DNA of 64,000 nucleotides from an uncultured Alphaproteobacteria bacterium (GTDB lineage Bacteria > Pseudomonadota > Alphaproteobacteria > Micropepsales > Micropepsaceae), in contig CAVXZV010000006.1 of the NCBI GenBank assembly GCA_963766355.1, positions 7,096 through 71,095 on the forward strand, in the 5' to 3' direction. The position numbers were made by a program, and so were the translations under genes. Positions 61,820 to 64,000 of this stretch are shown piece by piece; the first letter of the stretch is position 1, and each line of letters begins with the position of its first letter. The notes under the pieces are model-generated. The model ran no database searches, was not told the origin of the DNA, and saw nothing but the letters and a program-made list of their open reading frames with translations.

Positions 61820-62077
61820 ATGAGTGATTTCCTCTATTGGGCTTCGCTCATCGGTGTGCCGGTCGCCGTTGTGGTGTATGCCAAGTATCGACGCAGGCGG
61901 TTTGTCGCAAAACGAAACGACAGCGTAACAATCCCTGTTGCGAGTTCCGTCTGTGCGTTTACTGGCGACATCGTCGCGCCCGGCTCAGATTCATGTTGTT
62001 GGCCCGCCTGCGACGGCGCTCATGGGTGCGATGGCACTATGGCGCACGGTTGCGACGCCGGACACGGCGGACACTAA
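61820..62077 (+). CDS. Small membrane-anchored protein with Cys/His/Gly-rich tail
   Basis: N-terminal TM followed by KYRRRR, then SCCWPACDGAHGCDGTMAHGCDAGHGGH. Confidence 0.55.
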   Translation: MSDFLYWASLIGVPVAVVVYAKYRRRRFVAKRNDSVTIPVASSVCAFTGDIVAPGSDSCCWPACDGAHGCDGTMAHGCDAGHGGH

Positions 62078-62243
62078 CCAGCGGACGCACATCCCGAAAG
62101 ACGGTTCTGGCGCATCCCATCCGTTGAAACGCTGGGTGGCACCTCCGCTTTTGGACTATATCCTGCCATCGCGGCTGAGTATCGCGGGCCCCAATTGATC
62201 AGCCCGCTTAGAAACTAATTTTCCCGCTCCCTCCGCAGCGATC

Positions 62244-62457
62244 CCCTCTCCCCCGCAGGGGGAGAGGGTTAGGGTGAGGGGGTGCTGATATCGAGTGCGT
62301 TCTTTACGGTCACGAGCACGATGCCGATATCATCCGCGGCATAGTCATTTGGAAAGCGCAATACGCGAAAACCTCGAGCCTTAAGAAATGCATCACGGGC
62401 CGAGTCGTACTCAGCCCGTGCGGCATGAAACGGTCCATCCAATTCCACGATTAGCTT
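62244..62457 (-). pseudogene. 5'-truncated DUF559 copy (63 codons) plus terminal hairpin
   Basis: KLIVELDGPFH...GFRVLRFPNDYAADD...TPSP*, diverged from the full copy. Confidence 0.85.
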
Positions 62458-62482
62458 CCCTCGCCCCCGCAGGGGGAGAGGG

Positions 62483-62869
62483 TTAGGGTGAGGGGGTGCT
62501 GGTATCGAGTGCGTTCTGTACGGTCACGAGCACGATGCCGATATCGTCCGCGGCATAGTCATTTGCAAAGCGCAATACGCGAAACCCGCGAGCCTCTAGA
62601 AATGCATCGCGGGCCGCGTCGTACGCCGACCGGGCAGCATGAAACGGCCCATCCAATTCGACAATCAGCTTGTGTTCGACACACACGAAATCGACGATGT
62701 AGGGGCCGATGAGGAACTGACGTTTGAACTTATATCCGCCGAGTTTGCGATTGCGCACTTCGGACCAGAATAATTTTTCCATCGTAACCGGTTTGTGGCG
62801 CATCTTTCGCGCCCGCGTGCGGTTTTCGGTGAGCGATCTTCGCCCCTTTGCGGTTGTATCGCTGACCAT
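62483..62869 (-). CDS. DUF559 (Vsr-like PD-(D/E)XK) endonuclease
   Basis: MEKLFWSEVRNRKLGGYKFKRQFLIGPYIVDFVCVEHKLIVELDGPFH...RDAFLEARGFRVLRF. Confidence 0.9.
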   Translation of the reverse strand: MVSDTTAKGRRSLTENRTRARKMRHKPVTMEKLFWSEVRNRKLGGYKFKRQFLIGPYIVDFVCVEHKLIVELDGPFHAARSAYDAARDAFLEARGFRVLRFANDYAADDIGIVLVTVQNALDTSTPSP

Positions 62870-62970
62870 CCTCCTCACCCCGGCCCTCTCCCCCCATGGG
62901 GGAGAGGGAGATTATTATTCTACTTCCCTCGCCCCCGCAGGGGGAGAGGGTTAGGGTTAGGGTGAGGGGG
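62870..62970. repeat. Back-to-back GC hairpins upstream of DUF559
   Basis: CCTCACCCCGG-CCCTCTCCCC...GGGGAGAGGG at 62870-62908 and CCCTCGCCCCCGCAGGGGGAGAGGG-TTAGGGTTAGGGTGAGGGGG at 62926-62970. Confidence 0.85.
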
Positions 62971-63047
62971 TGCTGGTATCGAGTGCGTTCTTTACGGTCA
63001 CGAGCACGATGCCGATATCGTCCGCGGCGTAGTCTTTTGCAATACGC
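62951..63047 (-). pseudogene. Second, shorter DUF559 3' relic
   Basis: DYAADDIGIVLVTVKNALDTSTPSP*; 7-nt microhomology deletion (TTGC) at its 5' side. Confidence 0.8.
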
Positions 63048-63078
63048 CACACACGACAGCGGAGAGGGAGACTTCGAT

Positions 63079-63806
63079 CTATTTCCCCGCCACCACCATG
63101 TAATTCACGTCGGTATCGCCGGACAGTTTCCACTGCCACGCCAAGGGATCGAAGCTCACGCCTTGGGTCTTCAGCACATGTAGGCCGGCGTCTTCGAGGA
63201 GCTCGTGAAGTCGGCGTGGTTCGACGAAACGGCTCCAGTCATGGGTGCCGCGCGGCAGCCAGCGCAGCACATATTCGGCGCCGATCTTTGCCAGCGCCAG
63301 TGATTTGAGCGTCTTGTTCAAAGTCGCCACGAACATGAGTCCGCCCGGCTTGGTAAGCCGCCCGCAAGCGCCAAGATAGAAGCGCAGATCGGCGACATGC
63401 TCGACGACTTCCATATTCAGAACCACGTCGAAAGCGCGGCCCTCTTCGGCAAGTGATTCGGCCGAGGTTGCGCGATAATCGACGGCGAGCCCGAGGCGGC
63501 CGCATGGGTAGCCGCTGTTTTGATGTTTTTTTCCGAAGCGTCGGCCCCCAAAACATCGAATCCCAAACGGGCCATCGGCTCGCACAGCAGCCCGCCGCCG
63601 CAGCCGATATCCAAGAGGGAGAGACCTTGGAATGGTTTTAGTCCCTGGCGCCCGAAATGCTTGGCCGCGGTCTCGCGGATAAATCCGAGCCGGATGGGGT
63701 TGAACTTGTGCAGGGGGGCGAATTTGCCGGTCGGGTCCCACCATTCGGCGGCTATAGCCGTGAACTTCGCGACTTCGGCGGGATCGATGGAAGGAGCTTC
63801 GGTCAT
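63079..63806 (-). pseudogene. ubiG: Ubiquinone O-methyltransferase UbiG with one frameshift near 63490 (probably intact in vivo)
   Basis: [37 protein letters not shown] / [29 protein letters not shown]. Confidence 0.9.
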
Positions 63807-63886
63807 GCGTGGTTTTCGCCGTTGAGCAAGGGGCTGGTGCCGTCTATGTATGACCAGGAACGGCAGGCGCGCAAACGGGCGGACCC

Positions 63887-64000
63887 ATGGCGAAGATAGC
63901 GATGAAATTCGGCGGGACTTCGGTGGCCGACCTAGATCGTATCCGCCATGTCGCCGGTCTGGTGGCCAAGGAGGTCGAGCGCGGGCACCAGGTCGCGGTC
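63887..64000 (+). CDS. lysC: Aspartate kinase, 5' end
   Basis: [23 protein letters not shown]; divergent from ubiG. Confidence 0.88.
   Translation, partial: MAKIAMKFGGTSVADLDRIRHVAGLVAKEVERGHQVAV

Noticed and set aside
62244-63070. CRISPR array
   Set aside because: Repeats are unevenly spaced, the spacers are copies of the DUF559 3' end rather than unique, and there are no cas genes.

Overview
GC-rich alphaproteobacterial chromosome segment (lineage inferred from gene order and protein families only). The backbone is carD-fdxA-S4-helicase, scpA, rpmB, cobST-dnaJ-bolA, aroB-aroK-xerD, accA, secA-argJ-mutT-flp, MTase-comF-grxC-nitrilase-DUF1178, ubiG and lysC. Four accessory blocks interrupt it: xerD|accA, accA|secA, flp|MTase and DUF1178|ubiG. 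They carry mcl, two GH29 fucosidases, an M16 peptidase, a RAYT with cassette-like cargo, a long-type purC, a RuBisCO-like protein plus cupin, two IS4 copies and one IS5. The most unusual signal is at 56.9-63.4 kb. A DUF559 endonuclease gene is bracketed by inverted GC-rich hairpins and accompanied by 5'-truncated tandem copies. It lies in a cassette stack whose junctions repeat the ubiG 3' end three times, and no integrase gene is present. A deleted copy of the same unit sits at 50.6 kb, and related hairpins mark other synteny breaks and are the insertion targets of both IS4 copies. Several core genes (xerD, cobT, cobS, ubiG) have frameshifts or a stop, so some sequencing or assembly error is likely. 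All alignments and counts were done by eye.
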